Origin: Lytechinus pictus
Lineage: Eukaryota
Assembly: GCF_037042905.1 (NCBI RefSeq)
Contig: NC_087257.1
Coordinates: 12,958,001 to 13,022,000 of the forward strand
Reading direction: 5' to 3'
DNA length: 64,000 nucleotides
Both the position numbers and the translations under genes were made by a program. Numbering within the stretch: position 1 is the first letter of the stretch; the number at the start of each line of letters is the position of its first letter. A model generated the notes under the pieces. It was given only the letters and a program-made list of their open reading frames with translations. It searched no databases and had not been told where the DNA came from. Below are positions 1 to 14,710 of the stretch, piece by piece.

Positions 1-1168
1 ATTTATCTATCCACCCCTCTCTCTCTCCTAATAATATTTCATGGTTTGCTCTGTTTGTTTCCCTATCACATGAACTTTCTTCCTGATTAAGGTCACTTCT
101 ACCTTCAAAAATAATATGTATCACTAGCAAGATAGATCAGCCATCAAACTTTTAGCACTTTTTACCAAATGACGTAATCAAGAGAAAAATAACTCCCACT
201 TCAAAGCCACAAACACCATAACAACTCTATACAATCAATCTCTTCCAGACACAAACGTCATCACTATTTCTAGTCATTTATTGATGAATGTGTCTTTTTT
301 TGGGCTACATACTGTACTAAGCTGCCTTCACTTGGAAATGTCAAGCTGCCATGCCAACAGGCTTGTTTCAACTTAAAATTGAGACAGAGAGAGATTAAAA
401 AGAAGAATGACAGCGGCATCAACTCCTTCAAGACATGAAATGCTATGGTAAAAAATGTTGTATTTCAATTGCACATATTAAAGCAGATGATCTAATTCAG
501 TGGCATACAAGGGGGGGGGGACTTTTTCATGACAAAGAAAAAAAAGAGAAAAGGATGGAGAGAAGGGTGAAATACGATAATTATTTTCTGAATTTTATGT
601 GAAAATTTTTCTCAAAATTTGATTTTTGTAATAAAAATGTTGAAATTTTGCTTGCTCGATTCACTCGCTCGCAGTTTTCTATAAATTTTGACCGATACGC
701 CATATCTTGATTCCTCAAATTTTTTGGCTCATTACACCACTGGTCTAATTCTCAGATCGTCTATAAACATCATCGCTTAACCTACTTTGTAAACTATAAG
801 TTTGGGGTGATAACCATTTGATCCAAGCCTCTCTTGGGGCCCGTAACACAAAGCTTAGCAATGATCGTAGAACATATTTCTGCGATTAATTGCATTGGCT
901 ACAGTGTACAATCAATCATGAAAATCAAATTAGCGATCAATCGCTTACCTTTGTATTACGGGACCCTGGTCTAATTACGTCTTACACTGTAAAGTGCATA
1001 GAGAGAGCCTTTTTATTATGCACTTTAATAATAAATCAATCTTTATTATGACTATTATTATACCCACTTATTCTAACTCATTTCGTCAAATGCCCATGTG
1101 ATGTATACTATATAACACTTTTCAAATTTTGTTCATAAATAAGTTTGGTCCATGTCTATGAACATCTG

Positions 1169-1384
1169 GGGGTCTTTCACAAAGATTTAAGTATGACTTA
1201 CAGTCAGAATTAAATGAATTAAGACACATACATTGTATGCAACACGCAATCTTATGGATCAATACGCTGTTGCGCGCGTCCTCTTTGCATGATCTAACCA
1301 ATGCGGTCATGCCTTTTATACCAAACGCAACTAGGCATTTAAGTGCGACTCTAAGTCAGACTTAAATCTTTGTGAAACACCTCC
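1169..1384. mobile_element. ~215-bp palindromic Harbinger-type MITE
   Basis: TIR GGGG(G)T(G/C)TTTCACAAAGATTTAAGT, CTG TSD. Other copies at 1611-1822 and 50801-51012. Confidence 0.75.
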
Positions 1385-1610
1385 CTGATCATACAGAATA
1401 TGTTTGTATCAGACCAAAATGACATTCGATGAATGGGTTTGATTTCTTTTCAATGGTAAATGGGCAAAATGTCAATTAAATCAAATGATAAGTTGGTTGT
1501 AGATGCATGAACTAAGATTTAGACCATGTGGATAAGATCAAACGAAAAGAACACAAAGTACTGTTACAGGCATTCATTCTTCTTCAACAGATTTTAAAGA
1601 TGAATTTCAG

Positions 1611-1822
1611 GGGGGTGTTTCACAAACATCTAAGTATGACTTAGATTCACACTTAAATAACTAGTTGCGTGCAATATACAGGCATGATCACATTGGTCAG
1701 AACATGCCAAGAGGATGCGCACTAATGCGTATTAATCAATTAGATCGCGCGTTGCATATCATGTATGCGCCTGCATTTAAGTGTGACTCTAAGTCATACT
1801 TGAATCTTTGTGCAACACCCCC
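1611..1822. mobile_element. ~215-bp palindromic Harbinger-type MITE
   Basis: Same TIR family as 1169-1384. Confidence 0.75.
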
Positions 1823-2272
1823 TAGATGTGGTAACTATCGTAAAATGAGTTTGAACAGAATCCAATTCATAGATGATCGCTAAAGTATTTGTGTATAAAA
1901 TGCGCCAAATAATTCTGGTAGAAAATTTGTAATTGCTGAGGAATGGATAAACTAAAAAGCATGGCATTCCAGTTAGATGTTGGGTCTTTTACCAAGCAAT
2001 AGATATACACAGTCCCACCTGTGCTCATCTGTCTAAGTGATCTTCAGTATGATCATTTTCAGCAAATGATTTCATGATTTCACAAATTTAGGTTTAATAA
2101 TGGACATTTTAACTGGACAAGATCTAGATCGATGATGGTATGATGAAAATTGACCTCGATTTTAAGAACTTTCTCATGACATAACGGTTTGCTGCATCTA
2201 CATGTACATGCACTTAGCTTCAAAATCCTCTTGAGAAACATGAAATGTAATTGTTATTATAAAAGCAATTAC

Positions 2273-2415
2273 CTGTGCTGCATCATCTCTCCACTGGTAG
2301 CCTCTATCCAGGAGAAATCGAATAACGATCTTGAGATCGCGGAACCCGTTTCGGCTTACATCGTAAAAAGGGAGGGAAACTGAATCAGGACTAACACACG
2401 TACCAAATAAATTAT
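2273..2415 (-). CDS. PTPRN: IA-2/phogrin-family PTP, coding exon 3 (DNLFGTCVSPD...LLDRGYQWRDDAAQ); gene continues beyond window start
   Basis: 143-nt exon with TTTCTTTGCAG acceptor and CAG|GTAATT donor. Matches the IA-2 motifs DGLFGQC and GLSWHDDLTQ. Confidence 0.88.
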
Positions 2416-3057
2416 CTGCAAAGAAAGAGACAGAGACAGGGAAACAAATAGTCAATTACATTCAAGTTTTGGTTTTTCAAACATAATGATCTAATTACTT
2501 TGTATGATGAAATGAGCGGCACTCCAAATTTCAAGTATCTACAGTGACTTTGTATAGTGACCAATGATAGCTGGATATAACATTGTCAATCCAATAAGGA
2601 TTTATTTTTCTATTTAAAAAAATCTCTGCATTAATTCATAATAACAAAAACGTCTGTACATTTTCCTTAACTCTACAAGCATAAAATAAATTCCAGACTA
2701 AAATGCAAACATCATTCAATATCAAGGACATTACATGTGAGTGCCTGAAGTATGCATCATCCTCAATACAATAATTCCAAAGATCAAGTACAATCAGGGG
2801 CAAATTTCATAAACACTTGTGATTAAATGGTTTATGCTCAATCATTTTGATGACTAAAATGGAAAAAAAATGATCTTGATTGGCTGCTGAGCCTTGTAAC
2901 CATGGCAAATAACAATAGAACAAAGCTTATATAACCATTGATTAGTTTTTTTAATGAAATTGACCCCGGATCTTCAGTAGATATTGAACTACGAGAGTAA
3001 AAGAGGTACATGTATGTACCGGTACCATAAAAATACAATAAATGTTATGCTTTATTG

Positions 3058-3460
3058 GGTTCATTTCCAATTCGTCTAATGCCAATTTGTCCAATTGCCA
3101 ACTCATCTACTATCATCTGGTCTACCATCAGTTCGTCCAATCCACATGGTCTAATTGCCAGTTTGTCCACTCACCAATGGTCTAATAACCAGTTGGTCCA
3201 ATAGCCATTTAGTCCATATACCATTTGGTTTAATTGTACTAAGTGTTAATTGGGTAAGATGAATGAAAAAAAAATTGGTTTCAGACGAACTGGTTATGAG
3301 ACGAAATGGTCACAGACGAAATGGTGATTAGACAAAGTGATTATTGGACCAAATGTTTATTGGACTAAATGGCTGTGATGGACAGAATGACATTAGACTA
3401 AATGAAGGTAGACCATGTGATGAGAGGATGAGTTGGCAATAGACGAATCGGCAATTTACC
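3058..3460. mobile_element. hAT-type MITE
   Basis: Imperfect TIRs (GGTWMATTKCCRATTCGTCTA) and exact 8-bp TSD CTTTATTG. Confidence 0.75.
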
Positions 3461-6400
3461 CTTTATTGTAGCTATCTATTTATGCAAGATCTTCAGTAGA
3501 TGTGAAATCAACCATGAAAATACAACATACACAGTCAATGTTAATAATGAAAAAAATCTACGTTTATTATAATATACCTAAGATAGCCACTTCAATTAAT
3601 TAACTGATCAAAAAGGGGCCCTGCATATTAACATGGCATCATATTATCACCCTTCACTGATCAAAATGATGAGCACCTACATTGTATAGCAAGAAGGCAG
3701 AAGGTCCCATTGTTTAAGTGTTTGTTATGAATCAACCACTGAGCTATTATGGCCGCTAATGGTACAATCAATTGTAGCTATTATTAATCTTATTTATGTA
3801 AACAGGTTATTCATAAAATATCAATTGTATCTTTGACATGTTACAACCCAAGATCTTATGTACGCTGCAAGTACAGGGCCATTTAACATGAGAATATGAA
3901 ATTGATAGTAAAATCAATTGTAACTATAAGTCTGTGGGGGTGTTCGTTGCAAGAAAATATGCAAGAAAATATTTGCAATCAATCGCAAATTTCGGATGAA
4001 AATTTACAAGAGAAAGATCAATTTAAAGAAAATCAATTCATATTTGTTGATGAAAGAAGCAGACCATCAATCAATTGTAAATTTGTAATGAAATAAATGA
4101 CTTTCAATTGAGTTTGGGACCTGAAATTGACTTGCGATCAATTGCAGGTTTCTTGCAACATCCCAAAGACAAACATGTACATGCAAGATGTAAAAATGTA
4201 ACAATCAAGTTTAAATGTCAATTGTATCTAATTCCATTACACCTAAAGATCTTAAGTAGAAAACTACTGTAACTTTAGGGCCCTGTAACAAAAATACCAT
4301 AATCAATATCAACTGTGTACGATCAATTACAATTGATTATAGATATTGATTGTAATGCTTCATGAAACAGGGCCCCAAAGAGACAATCAAAAGAACAAGG
4401 CTTTATAAGTAAACTCAATTTATTTAAAAACGATAATAGCTTAAATGGAAAGATAACCAAGTGCAGTCTACNNNNNNNNNNNNNNNNNNNNNNNNNNNNN
4501 NNNNNNNNNNNNNNNNNNNNNNNNNNNNNNNNNNNNNNNNNNNNNNNNNNNNNNNNNNNNNNNNNNNNNNNNNNNNNNNNNNNNNNNNNNNNNNNNNNNN
4601 NNNNNNNNNNNNNNNNNNNNNNNNNNNNNNNNNNNNNNNNNNNNNNNNNNNNNNNNNNNNNNNNNNNNNNNNNNNNNNNNNNNNNNNNNNNNNNNNNNNN
4701 NNNNNNNNNNNNNNNNNNNNNNNNNNNNNNNNNNNNNNNNNNNNNNNNNNNNNNNNNNNNNNNNNNNNNNNNNNNNNNNNNNNNNNNNNNNNNNNNNNNN
4801 NNNATTGGAGACAGAGAGATGTACTTGAGAGAGAGACAGCGAGAGAGAGATCTGAAATTAAATATTTATATAAAACAACCTTGATACTAATACTCATTAC
4901 ATTTGTAATCCACTCTAAACAGGCCATCCGAACAATAACCCCAAAAATCACCAAATTACACTGGTGATTCACGTCAGCATTTTTATTATGGCAGGCTACC
5001 CTCAATTTCAGTCTCAACCAACGGAATTGACCGCAGAAGCATTATCAAAGCACCTACATGTACATGTAATGGCCTCAGGGATTATTCTCTACTCATATGG
5101 ATAGAATTGACTTCATTGCCTAATTTTTTCTCCTAGCCACCCTTCCTTTCCACCACATCTAATTCCAACAACCAATAAACAATATACTACCGTGCGGCTC
5201 CGTTTTACCAATATACGATAATGGGGCCCAGTAACGGTGTGTGTGTACAAATTAAAGCTTGGCGGTCATTGATTACGACCGAACTAAAGGTCAAGCTTTC
5301 GATTTTTTGGCGGCCAAAACACGTCAGGCCTCGGCTGCAGGTGAGGGTCTTTAATACCCGATTTGCATATTTCGTGGGCGGCGGATTACCGTAGGTGGCA
5401 AATAATTGTAGATGGCAAATAATCGTAGGTGACAGATTATAGCGGAATTGGTGCAGATAATAAGATATGAATAAGGCTAACAAACATGTACTGGGATTTT
5501 TCATACATGTACATGTATGGGAAAGGAAAACAGGAGTAGAAAATGCTGATATACATGTATGTAGCTTCACAGATAAAAAATGGACTGTTTTCAATATGGG
5601 AATTTAGTCTAGCTAGTAAAGTCTATGGTGCTAAAATTTTACAAACCCTGTGAGAGGAGTCCTTTGAATATGTCAGAATATTATCCAATCATAAAAAAAC
5701 CTTACATATCAGATAAAGCTGATTTTATGAACCTCAAGAAAGGAGTCAACTACAAACGTCAGAAAGTTTTATATTTGTCAAATCAACCCTTATGGAAAGA
5801 ACTGTGTCACACAGTGTGATCACAGTGTGATCACAGTGTGTTCACAGTGTGGACTATGTGAAAATATTATTCACACTGTTTCAATGCTCAAATTCAACAG
5901 TATGAAGATATTTTCACACTGTGGACACCTCGACAGTGCGGCTGCTCACAGCATGTTCATATGGTCGACTATGTGAATATGTGATTCACACGGTTGAAAT
6001 GCTCAAAATTGAACAGTGTGGAGTTGAATTAACATTGTGTTCCACACTGTGAACTAAAATAGTGTGAACGCACTGTGGTACACACTGTGGGGCACTGTGT
6101 TCTTTCCAGTAGAAAAATAAACTAACAAAAAACACAAAGCGTTTTCTTTACTGATGACCTACATGAAACGGTCTCCAAGATGAACATGTCATCTGTCAAG
6201 TTATCAGATCTTTCCTTGATTCTTATTGACTCAGAAGCGCAGGTGTCTGACTGTTATGAACTTATGATGGTCACTGTCAGATGAAACAACTTTGTCAGAT
6301 AAAATGTCTGACAAGCCCTCTCATGACACACTTCCCTAAATTAAACTTCATGGGTGATATCCTGATAGGCATGGTTTAATTAACCCTGGAATAACTTAAA

Positions 6401-7188
6401 CCCAGCGCACACTACACAATCCGCTGTATTACAATAATTTAATAAATAGCATTTTGCATTAAATGTGAAGGTTCCAAGAAGTAAAATTATTTTACTTAAA
6501 GTTCGGCATTATGTTTATAGGAATAATAAAATCATAATTTTGCTTTGCAGCAAGCCCTGTGGTTGGAGTGAAGTCCAAATCGGCTTCAAGTCGCAGCCAA
6601 TGATGAAGTCAATAGGATTCGAAATTGAAACTGCTTTTATTCTTAAAAAGAGGCCTGAACTAGACTTAATTTCGATTTCAGTAGTCCTACCACTATTCTG
6701 AAATCTGATCACTGATATCTTATCGGTTGGAATTACAATTTCTTTTAAATTTGGATCACAACGAGTTGCATAGTGTGCACCAGGTTTTGGACCACACTTT
6801 TATGGAGTGCCATATGTCGACTTATCCATAAAGTAAAAATTATTCTAATCCTGCGGTAAGAAGTTGTCAAAAATGTAATTGTATCATAAAATGAAAATAA
6901 GAAAATACAAAAATATAATGAATCAAACACAATATCTTTGTCATGAAAGGCATATAATGGAAATATGTGGAAATGTATAATGAAAAAGTATTATTAAAAC
7001 CGGCAGTCTATAGAACTGTGGTCTAACATTATAATTTTAGATAGGGTTAGACCAAGGTTTCTTATTCAAAGTACATGTACCACCCCATATCTTTATGCCA
7101 ACAGGTCGGTAATCCATGGATACTGGTAGAAATACCTGTACCTATTTCATTCTCTACAAAATGGGGATTTTTTTTTTTTTTTACTCAC

Positions 7189-7236
7189 CTTCTATACAAT
7201 CTTCAGATTCTTTACATACTTCACTGAAGTGGCAAC
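7189..7236 (-). CDS. PTPRN: IA-2/phogrin-family PTP, coding exon 2 (GCHFSEVCKESEDCIE)
   Basis: 48-nt phase1-1 exon with TTTTTTTGCAG acceptor and GTGAGT donor. Cys spacing resembles the RESP18-homology region of IA-2 as I recall it (GCLFDRRLCSHLEVCIQD). Confidence 0.85.
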
Positions 7237-7609
7237 CTGCAAAAAAAGGGGACAAAAGTGAAATTGTAAATTATCATGAAATATAATCAATAAATTATGG
7301 ACAACATAAACATTTCGTTAGGAAAATTTGATTAAGATAAATATATTAAATCAGTCCATGTAAATTTTTTTCTTACAATATTCAGGACTTCTTTGTTGTC
7401 TTAATCACATCATCTTAATTGTATGCCTGTTTAGAAGAATATTCATACTGTATACGAAAAGTATTTTATTTCTGGTTCGAATATATGCATCATACACATA
7501 TATTATTATATACCACCCTTTGATAGTTTGATACTACAATGGGCAACATTCATGTCGTTAGAATTGTAACGAAAATGATTTTATCCTCCCCAACATCATC
7601 ATATAGCTA

Positions 7610-7790
7610 TTCCCATCATCCTCCCAATATCATCATCATTGTCATCATCAACATTTCCATTATCTTCATCATCATCATCCTCCTCATTAGTATCACCATC
7701 ATTATCACCACCACCGTCATCATCATCATCATCACCATCACCATCATCGTCACTATCACCTTCATCATCTCCACCATCACCATCATGAAA
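7610..7790. repeat. (CAT/CAC)n microsatellite
   Basis: Direct reading. Confidence 0.9.
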
Positions 7791-9002
7791 GCGGCCATCG
7801 TTGTCCATATAAACTTTATCTACATTTCTTTTGAAACTGTACATAGATGTACAGTAGTTCACTAGCAACTGCCTTCAGAATTATATAATCCTATACTTGA
7901 AAAAAAAATCCAATTTAGAATTTATTTCTCATAGCATTCAATATCCCATCATCCAAGCCATTTTGTTCTATCTTACTCCATCTCCTCATCAAAAATTCCT
8001 TGAGATACTTCTGCCTTGAGACAACCTATGTGCGTACTTAGGTCGAAATTAGACAATACTGTTGCCACGGAAACGCAATCCTCGCTTGACAATACAGGAA
8101 TGACCTCACAAAAACTCAGTGCCCAGGAGGCCAGGGGAGAGAGATGGAGAAACAAGGAGGTGGTAATAATAATAGAGAGAGAGTGGGAGATAGAAAGAGA
8201 AATATAAAAGAAGGAAAAGAGAGATTATTAGAAGATAGCCGAAGAAGGAAGAGAACAGATAGAGGGGTAAATATTAATCAATGGCTTGTCACACAAGCAA
8301 CATCCTGCCTTGCACAAGCCTATTCGTATATATATACCAAGCTACACATGAGCATAACAAACCGACCACCAACTGCACAAGCAGTTTTAACGAAGAGCCG
8401 TGCTCATGTACTTGCGGCCTGTACAAATGGCCGTTTATGTACACAACACCTAGCTCAAATCTCATGCATTAAAGCATGCTCTGCAAAGTCCTGCTGGAAA
8501 CCTGACACACACACATCGGATTGCCTTTAATGCATAATGAAGATCGAACCCGCTGTACGCTGCGTGTAGCAAATTCAGGAGTGTAACGCAAACTAGTTGT
8601 ATTATGTAAACATGCATTAGGGAAATCACACAAACTCACAATAATCAAGCCTTTGTCCATCTTTTTTAGGTGAGGAAAAGGTAAAATTTTCTCCATAAAA
8701 AACAAATCATGACTTTCTTTTATAGAAAAATGATAAAATTAGTATACAAAATTATAAGGAAGCCCTACAAGAACCTGCCTGGGTGTGGGTGCATGGACAT
8801 GTACATGATTACGTATCATGTCAATATTTTGGCGATTTCAATAATTCAATACAGGGCATCTGTTGTCCTATGACACAAGCCACTCTAATCTTCACAAGAC
8901 AATGTAGACATCTTCTTTCTTGTATGGTGTGATACTGATTGTATAGTGAAGATACTAATAATTTCAACACATAGTTGTATTTTGAATTGAAAAGCAAGGA
9001 AA

Positions 9003-9005
9003 GTG

Positions 9006-9039
<34 letters not shown>

Positions 9040-9127
9040 ACTAGTAGTAGTAGAAGTACAACAGTAGCATTAGCTGTAGTAGTAGAGGTAGTTGTAGTAA
9101 TGGAGGTAGTACTTAGCAGTAGTAGTA

Positions 9128-9167
<40 letters not shown>

Positions 9168-9237
9168 AAGTAGTAGCAGAAAAACTTAGTAATAGTAGAA
9201 GTAGAAGACGTAGTAGTAGGAGTAGTAGTAGTAGTAG

Positions 9238-9270
<33 letters not shown>

Positions 9271-9310
9271 AAACAACAGTAGTAGTATATGGTAGTTGTG
9301 GTAGTAGTAT
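9003..9310. repeat. (TAG)n microsatellite
   Basis: Direct reading. Confidence 0.95.
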
Positions 9311-10179
9311 AGTTACTACTTCTACTTTTACTACTACCATCTTCTTTCTTCTCCTTTTTCTCATCGCTGCCGTCCTCCTTCCATCTTCCCATCCCCATCC
9401 ATACATCTCCCCTCTTTGACTTTATACATTATATATTCTCTCCTCCTTCATTTGAAAGGAACACACACTCTCTCTTTCTTCTCTCCCTCCCCTCTCACCC
9501 CCCCCCCCCCACCCTCCAATACCTCTTTCCCCCTCTCCTTCCCCCATCCTAATCCTCTCTGATATTCCGAATCTGCTCACAATTCAATTACATCCCACCA
9601 TCAGACATCATCTGAAAGGCATACATTCGTAATAAAACAATTGGCTACCATCCACTCATCTATCCAACCTATGCCGGGCCTTGGGGAAATTATTGATAAA
9701 TGGATTCAGAAATTAAGGCTACATCCTTGTATGCCCCAGTTACGGTACTCAATGGCAAGGCTGATTTAAAGTAACCCAAAATCAAAATGCCATGCGGCAT
9801 TCTCCGATCTTCATAATCCCTTAATATATGGATTGTATCAGAGTAAGAAACAAACAACAACAAGCCAGAAGGTTACTGTGGAACATGGTTTTCCAAGTCA
9901 TATACATGTTGATCAATCCACAGTCGCATTCACGCAATTTCTTGTTCATCATAAACAATCTAAACAATGGCTTTTTACTACTCCTTTATTCATATTATTT
10001 TATGTGTTATTTTTTGTATTTGTATATTCCTATTAATTTACCTTTGCATCGTACTTTGCACTTTTTAAGATATGTGGAATATAATTCGAATTTGAAAACA
10101 CTGAGTGATTCATGCCAGTTTTCACTGAAAACCACTGAAAAAAAATCTGAAATTCATGAAATGCTCCCCTAATGCTCCC

Positions 10180-10788
10180 TTAAAGGACAAGTCCGTCCCA
10201 ACAAAACCTTGATTTGAATAAAAAGAGAATAATTCAACAAACATAACACTGAAAATTTCATCAAAATCGGATGTAAAATAAGAAAGTTATGGCATTTTAA
10301 AGTTTCGCTTCATTTCACAAGATAGTTATATGCACATCTCAGTCGGTATGCAAATGAGGAACTGATGACATCACTCACTCACTATTTCTTTTGTTTTTAT
10401 TATCTGAAATCTGAAATATTTCTATTTTCTCGTCATTGTCATGTGAAATGAAGTCTCATTCCTCCCTGAACACGTGGAATTCCATTATTTTAACATTTTG
10501 TGCTTCAGGCAAGGAGGTCCTAATCGTCAAATTCGTAAAAATTGAAATATTGTATAATTCAAACAATAAAAAACAAAAGAAATAGTGAGTGAGTGACATC
10601 ATCATTTCTCTCATTTGGATGTAACTGACTCGTTCATATAACTATTTTGTTAAAAATAAGCAAAACTTTGAAATGTCATAACTTTCTTATTTTACATCCG
10701 ATTTTGATGAAATTTTCAGCATTGTGCTTGTCTGATTTTTCTCTATTGATTCAAATCAACATTTTTCTGAGGTGGACTTGACCTTTAA
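10180..10788. mobile_element. Kolobok-type (TTAA-AGG, T2-like) MITE, family A
   Basis: TTAA TSD, TIR AGGWCAAGTCCACC, long internal inverted arms. Confidence 0.85.
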
Positions 10789-13700
10789 AAACTGTTCTCG
10801 CTTTAAGAAGAACACATGAACTGGAAAGTTGGTGTTTTTTTAAAGTGTTTTCTATATAAAGGAATAATACGATTTACAAGCAAGCATAATTCTATTCTGC
10901 TAATTTTTTCAATTTATAAGAAAAGAGTCCTACATGTACATCAAATCATATCTGTTTTCAGAAGAAAATTAGATGAAATTCGTTTTAGTGAAGCAGAAAA
11001 AAGAGATGTGAAGTGGAAATGTGCAAACAACATGAAAAAGAGGTAATTTGCAACTGGTCATACATGTACAGTATATACCAGTAGGCTTTACAATGACAAT
11101 GTAAACTGTACACAGTATCAATAAGGGTAGGATATATAGGTCTACTGCAGTAAAAGATAATCGCACAAAGAGTGGTATTGCATTCATAAATCTGAGCAAA
11201 AATTTTGACATGAATAAAAAATTATTTCTTGATGCCACCAAATCTGCAGATAAACAAAAGTTCATTCTGCTACTTTTAAATATAAGATGTGAGCGGGATG
11301 ACAAAAAAACCGCATATACATGTACTCTATGCACATGCCATGCATTGCGCTGTATGTATGCATGTGTTGTAACTTGTAAAAAAGGAAAATATACAGCATC
11401 ACCTATAATTATGCTAATGTTGGCACTAATGAGCAGATGACCCACTGACCATCTCATTAAGAAAACAGGCAGTAGTGGTGATAAGTGGACAGTTTGGGGA
11501 TTCAAACTGACCATTAATGAGTCAGTGACTCAGCTGCATTGTATCACAGACTCACTTAAAATTTGTTGGTGTTAATCTAACACCATAAGAAGACACCTTC
11601 AACACCATAGATAAACACCTCCAACACCATAGGTATGTGTGGACACCTCTAACACCATAGGCAAACACCAGGAAAGTGCTGAAACAACACCTGCTATGAT
11701 GTGTGTGAAACACTGACTGGTGTTTTTAAAATGCCTCTCTGGTGTTAAGCCATAGGCTACACTGGTGCGGTTTCAGCACCTCTGTAGTATTTTCCTGTCA
11801 TAATAATAATACAGATAATAATAATATCAATCATAATATCATAATAACATAACCATTACACCAGTATTTTTGCAGTACATGAAATACAAAATAAAAAGGC
11901 ATTGATTTCATAAATCTGAGCAGAGATTTCAACATGAATCATTTCACTCTCATGGCCAAAACTGCAGATTAACAAAGGTTTTCCCTCAGAAATCCTGGTA
12001 GTTCTATATATTCATAAACACACAGGATACATCATGCTTTATGAAAGTTCCGCAAAAATAACTGCATGCCAGCAGAAAATACCACTTACCATGAGGTTAT
12101 TGAAATATGTAAGAGTGAATTTCACACTTACGTGATGCTCAGTTTTATCAATGACTTTTAACAAGGGGGTGATTTAATAATTTAGTTCTCATCAGATATC
12201 GCATTGACAGAACAAAAACAAGGTTGAAATTGAGAGATTTTCCTATCTCAAATTCAGATGGGGGGTAAAGGGATGACCATAGATTCTGTTCTAAACTCAA
12301 CTGCATGAATCCCATTAAGCTCTTATTCTTAGGGATGCCACTTAAAATTGCTGAAAAAAGTCTGAAAATTATGTAGAATGTCCTATTTCCTACATGAAAA
12401 ATGAATTTTCTATGGCCGAAAATATGTGTATTCTACCTACATGTAGTGTTCCTTGATTCTACAAACAGAAACTGATATTCTAGAAAAAAATCATGATGTA
12501 ATCTTTTTAAGAATCTGATTGTATATGGCAAAATAAAGTGGTTGAAATATTGCCAAAATGTTTGTGGATGATGAAGGTTATCTTCCCACACGTCGACCAG
12601 CTGACGATATACCCATGTTCAGCTTTGACCTTTTCTTTATTCATTTTTGTGTAAAGTCTTTAAGTCCCCAGTCAAAGGCTTTACATTCAAGAATCAATGT
12701 TTGACACCCCTTGTTCAAATTCAGCACTGACCTTTTCACCGATGCATGATTTCGGAGGTATTTTGTGAACGGCTCATGGGGGAAAATTTGAGCTCATCAA
12801 TAATTCAAGCGCTAGCTTAAGTCAGTAGCAACTATTTACCAGGACTTCTCAATAATAAAACACTCGACAGACACAGCTGAACATGACTGCATAATGTTTA
12901 TACTGACATGGAGAGTATGCTAAAAGTAATATAGTCACTAGTTATATCTGATATTTTGAGGCTTCAGAGCCAAATAATGTTTGAACTCTATAATTATCCA
13001 GCAAAAATTTGGAATTTAATTCTTGATATTGTTCTAATACGCATTTCTTGTTAGGAAAATCTATCAGTGATTAAGCATGTACATGTGGTAAGGTTGCCAA
13101 TTTGACAAATAAAAATTTATCAAATAAAGCTTCAAATGATATATTGTCCTTTAAGGGTCAATATTTGACTATTATCAGATGCAAAGATTTTGCTGCACCA
13201 GCAACAATGCGTACATTAATGTGTAAAGTACATGTACATATAGTTCTAAAGCAAAACATGTACACAGTGTACGTCATCAGCAAATTTTACAAGCTGCAAA
13301 ATGAGAGGAAAAAAAGTTTCGAAAATTAAAATGAATTGACCTCAATATTATTCTTATGAACCCTATGAATAAACATGGTTTATAAATGACATCTAAAGAA
13401 GATGTGAAAGTAGCATATGTGGGAGAAATTGAGATTGGAGATCAGTCCTGCAAATGAGTGATCAAGGGGTCTAATCCCCACATCCCTACGGCTGCACTGC
13501 ACTGTGCATCTTATTTCACTGTCCATCTTATCTTACTAAAATGTTAAATAACAATTTAAAAGTCGGGAGGAATGACCATACAAAAAGGTTCTAAGAATAT
13601 ACTTTTGAACCTGGATGGCAATCGGGGGGGGGGGGGGGGGCTGGAGGATTCGTCCCATCAGACCCATCTCTCATATTTTGAACTTTTAACAGCAGCTTTA

Positions 13701-14710
13701 AGGGGGTTTTCTCATCTCCCCCCCCCCCTCCCCTGCCATGAAAAGAAATCTCAAGAAATCCTTGCATAATTATTAAAAATGCTAGATTCAACACATTAAT
13801 CGTTGGATTAAGCACAACAGTTGAATATTCCACATAAAAACTTAAAAGGTGTTCATCTAGCATGTACATGTAGTCACTCTCCTGCCATTATAAATAGCGA
13901 TTTACCATTTTAGTACTTGGGGTGTATATTCCAGGATTCCGGGAGATTACTTCAAAAGACATTGCAAAATAAACAAGCAGGCATGGATTTGGACTCATGA
14001 ATACATGTCAAGAAAGATTGATAATGAGCCCGTGGGCTCGATGGTGATTGCCCAAGACAATCTGAAAAACAGAAAAATTGAAATAGACGGCTTGTCTGTT
14101 GAGAAGCAAAAGGGTTGAGGAGGTTAATCAGTTGTGACTTTCTTGCTCTCAACTGATGATTTCTCCCATAATCCTCAAACAGAAAATGAATTGGAGCAAA
14201 TGATGAGAGACAGACTGCAAGTAAAGAGTGTAATGTTCAGTCAGTGGTATGTGCAAAAATTACAGTTCCAGGTTTTCAGCAATTTGGGAAACTGGACAAT
14301 TCCATGGACTTTGGAAGATGAAATTCACTTCATTTCATAGAGAAAAAAAACGTTTTCAAGCCCAAAATTTTGAATTGTGAAAACAAATGCACTGAAAATC
14401 GTAAATCGAAGCACTATCCAATATAAACACAACAGAATATCACTAGAAAATCTGATTCTCAAACACTCGAATCTGGTCAGACAAGATAAAAAAATATTTC
14501 AGAGATACGTGTAGATTAAGAAGAAAAAAGTGAGGTACTGTAGTGAGATAAAATATAAATGAGAAAAAAGGGTATCAAGGTGAAAGGAAGCTCTAGATAA
14601 AGAATGAGACATGGCAGCATTATCAACAGTGATACACGTAAAAGGACAAACATGTGGTTTGACATTTCAAAAGGAAAAACATGTCCAAGGAACAGTTATC
14701 AAAGATGTGC

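Noticed and set aside
4424-5017. Long ORFs containing X runs (also at 30275, 31383-32137 and 34223-34587)
   Set aside because: Artefacts of assembly N-gaps.
7539-9406. ORFs rich in I/M/D/L/Y/T
   Set aside because: Translations of (CAT)n and (TAG)n microsatellites.
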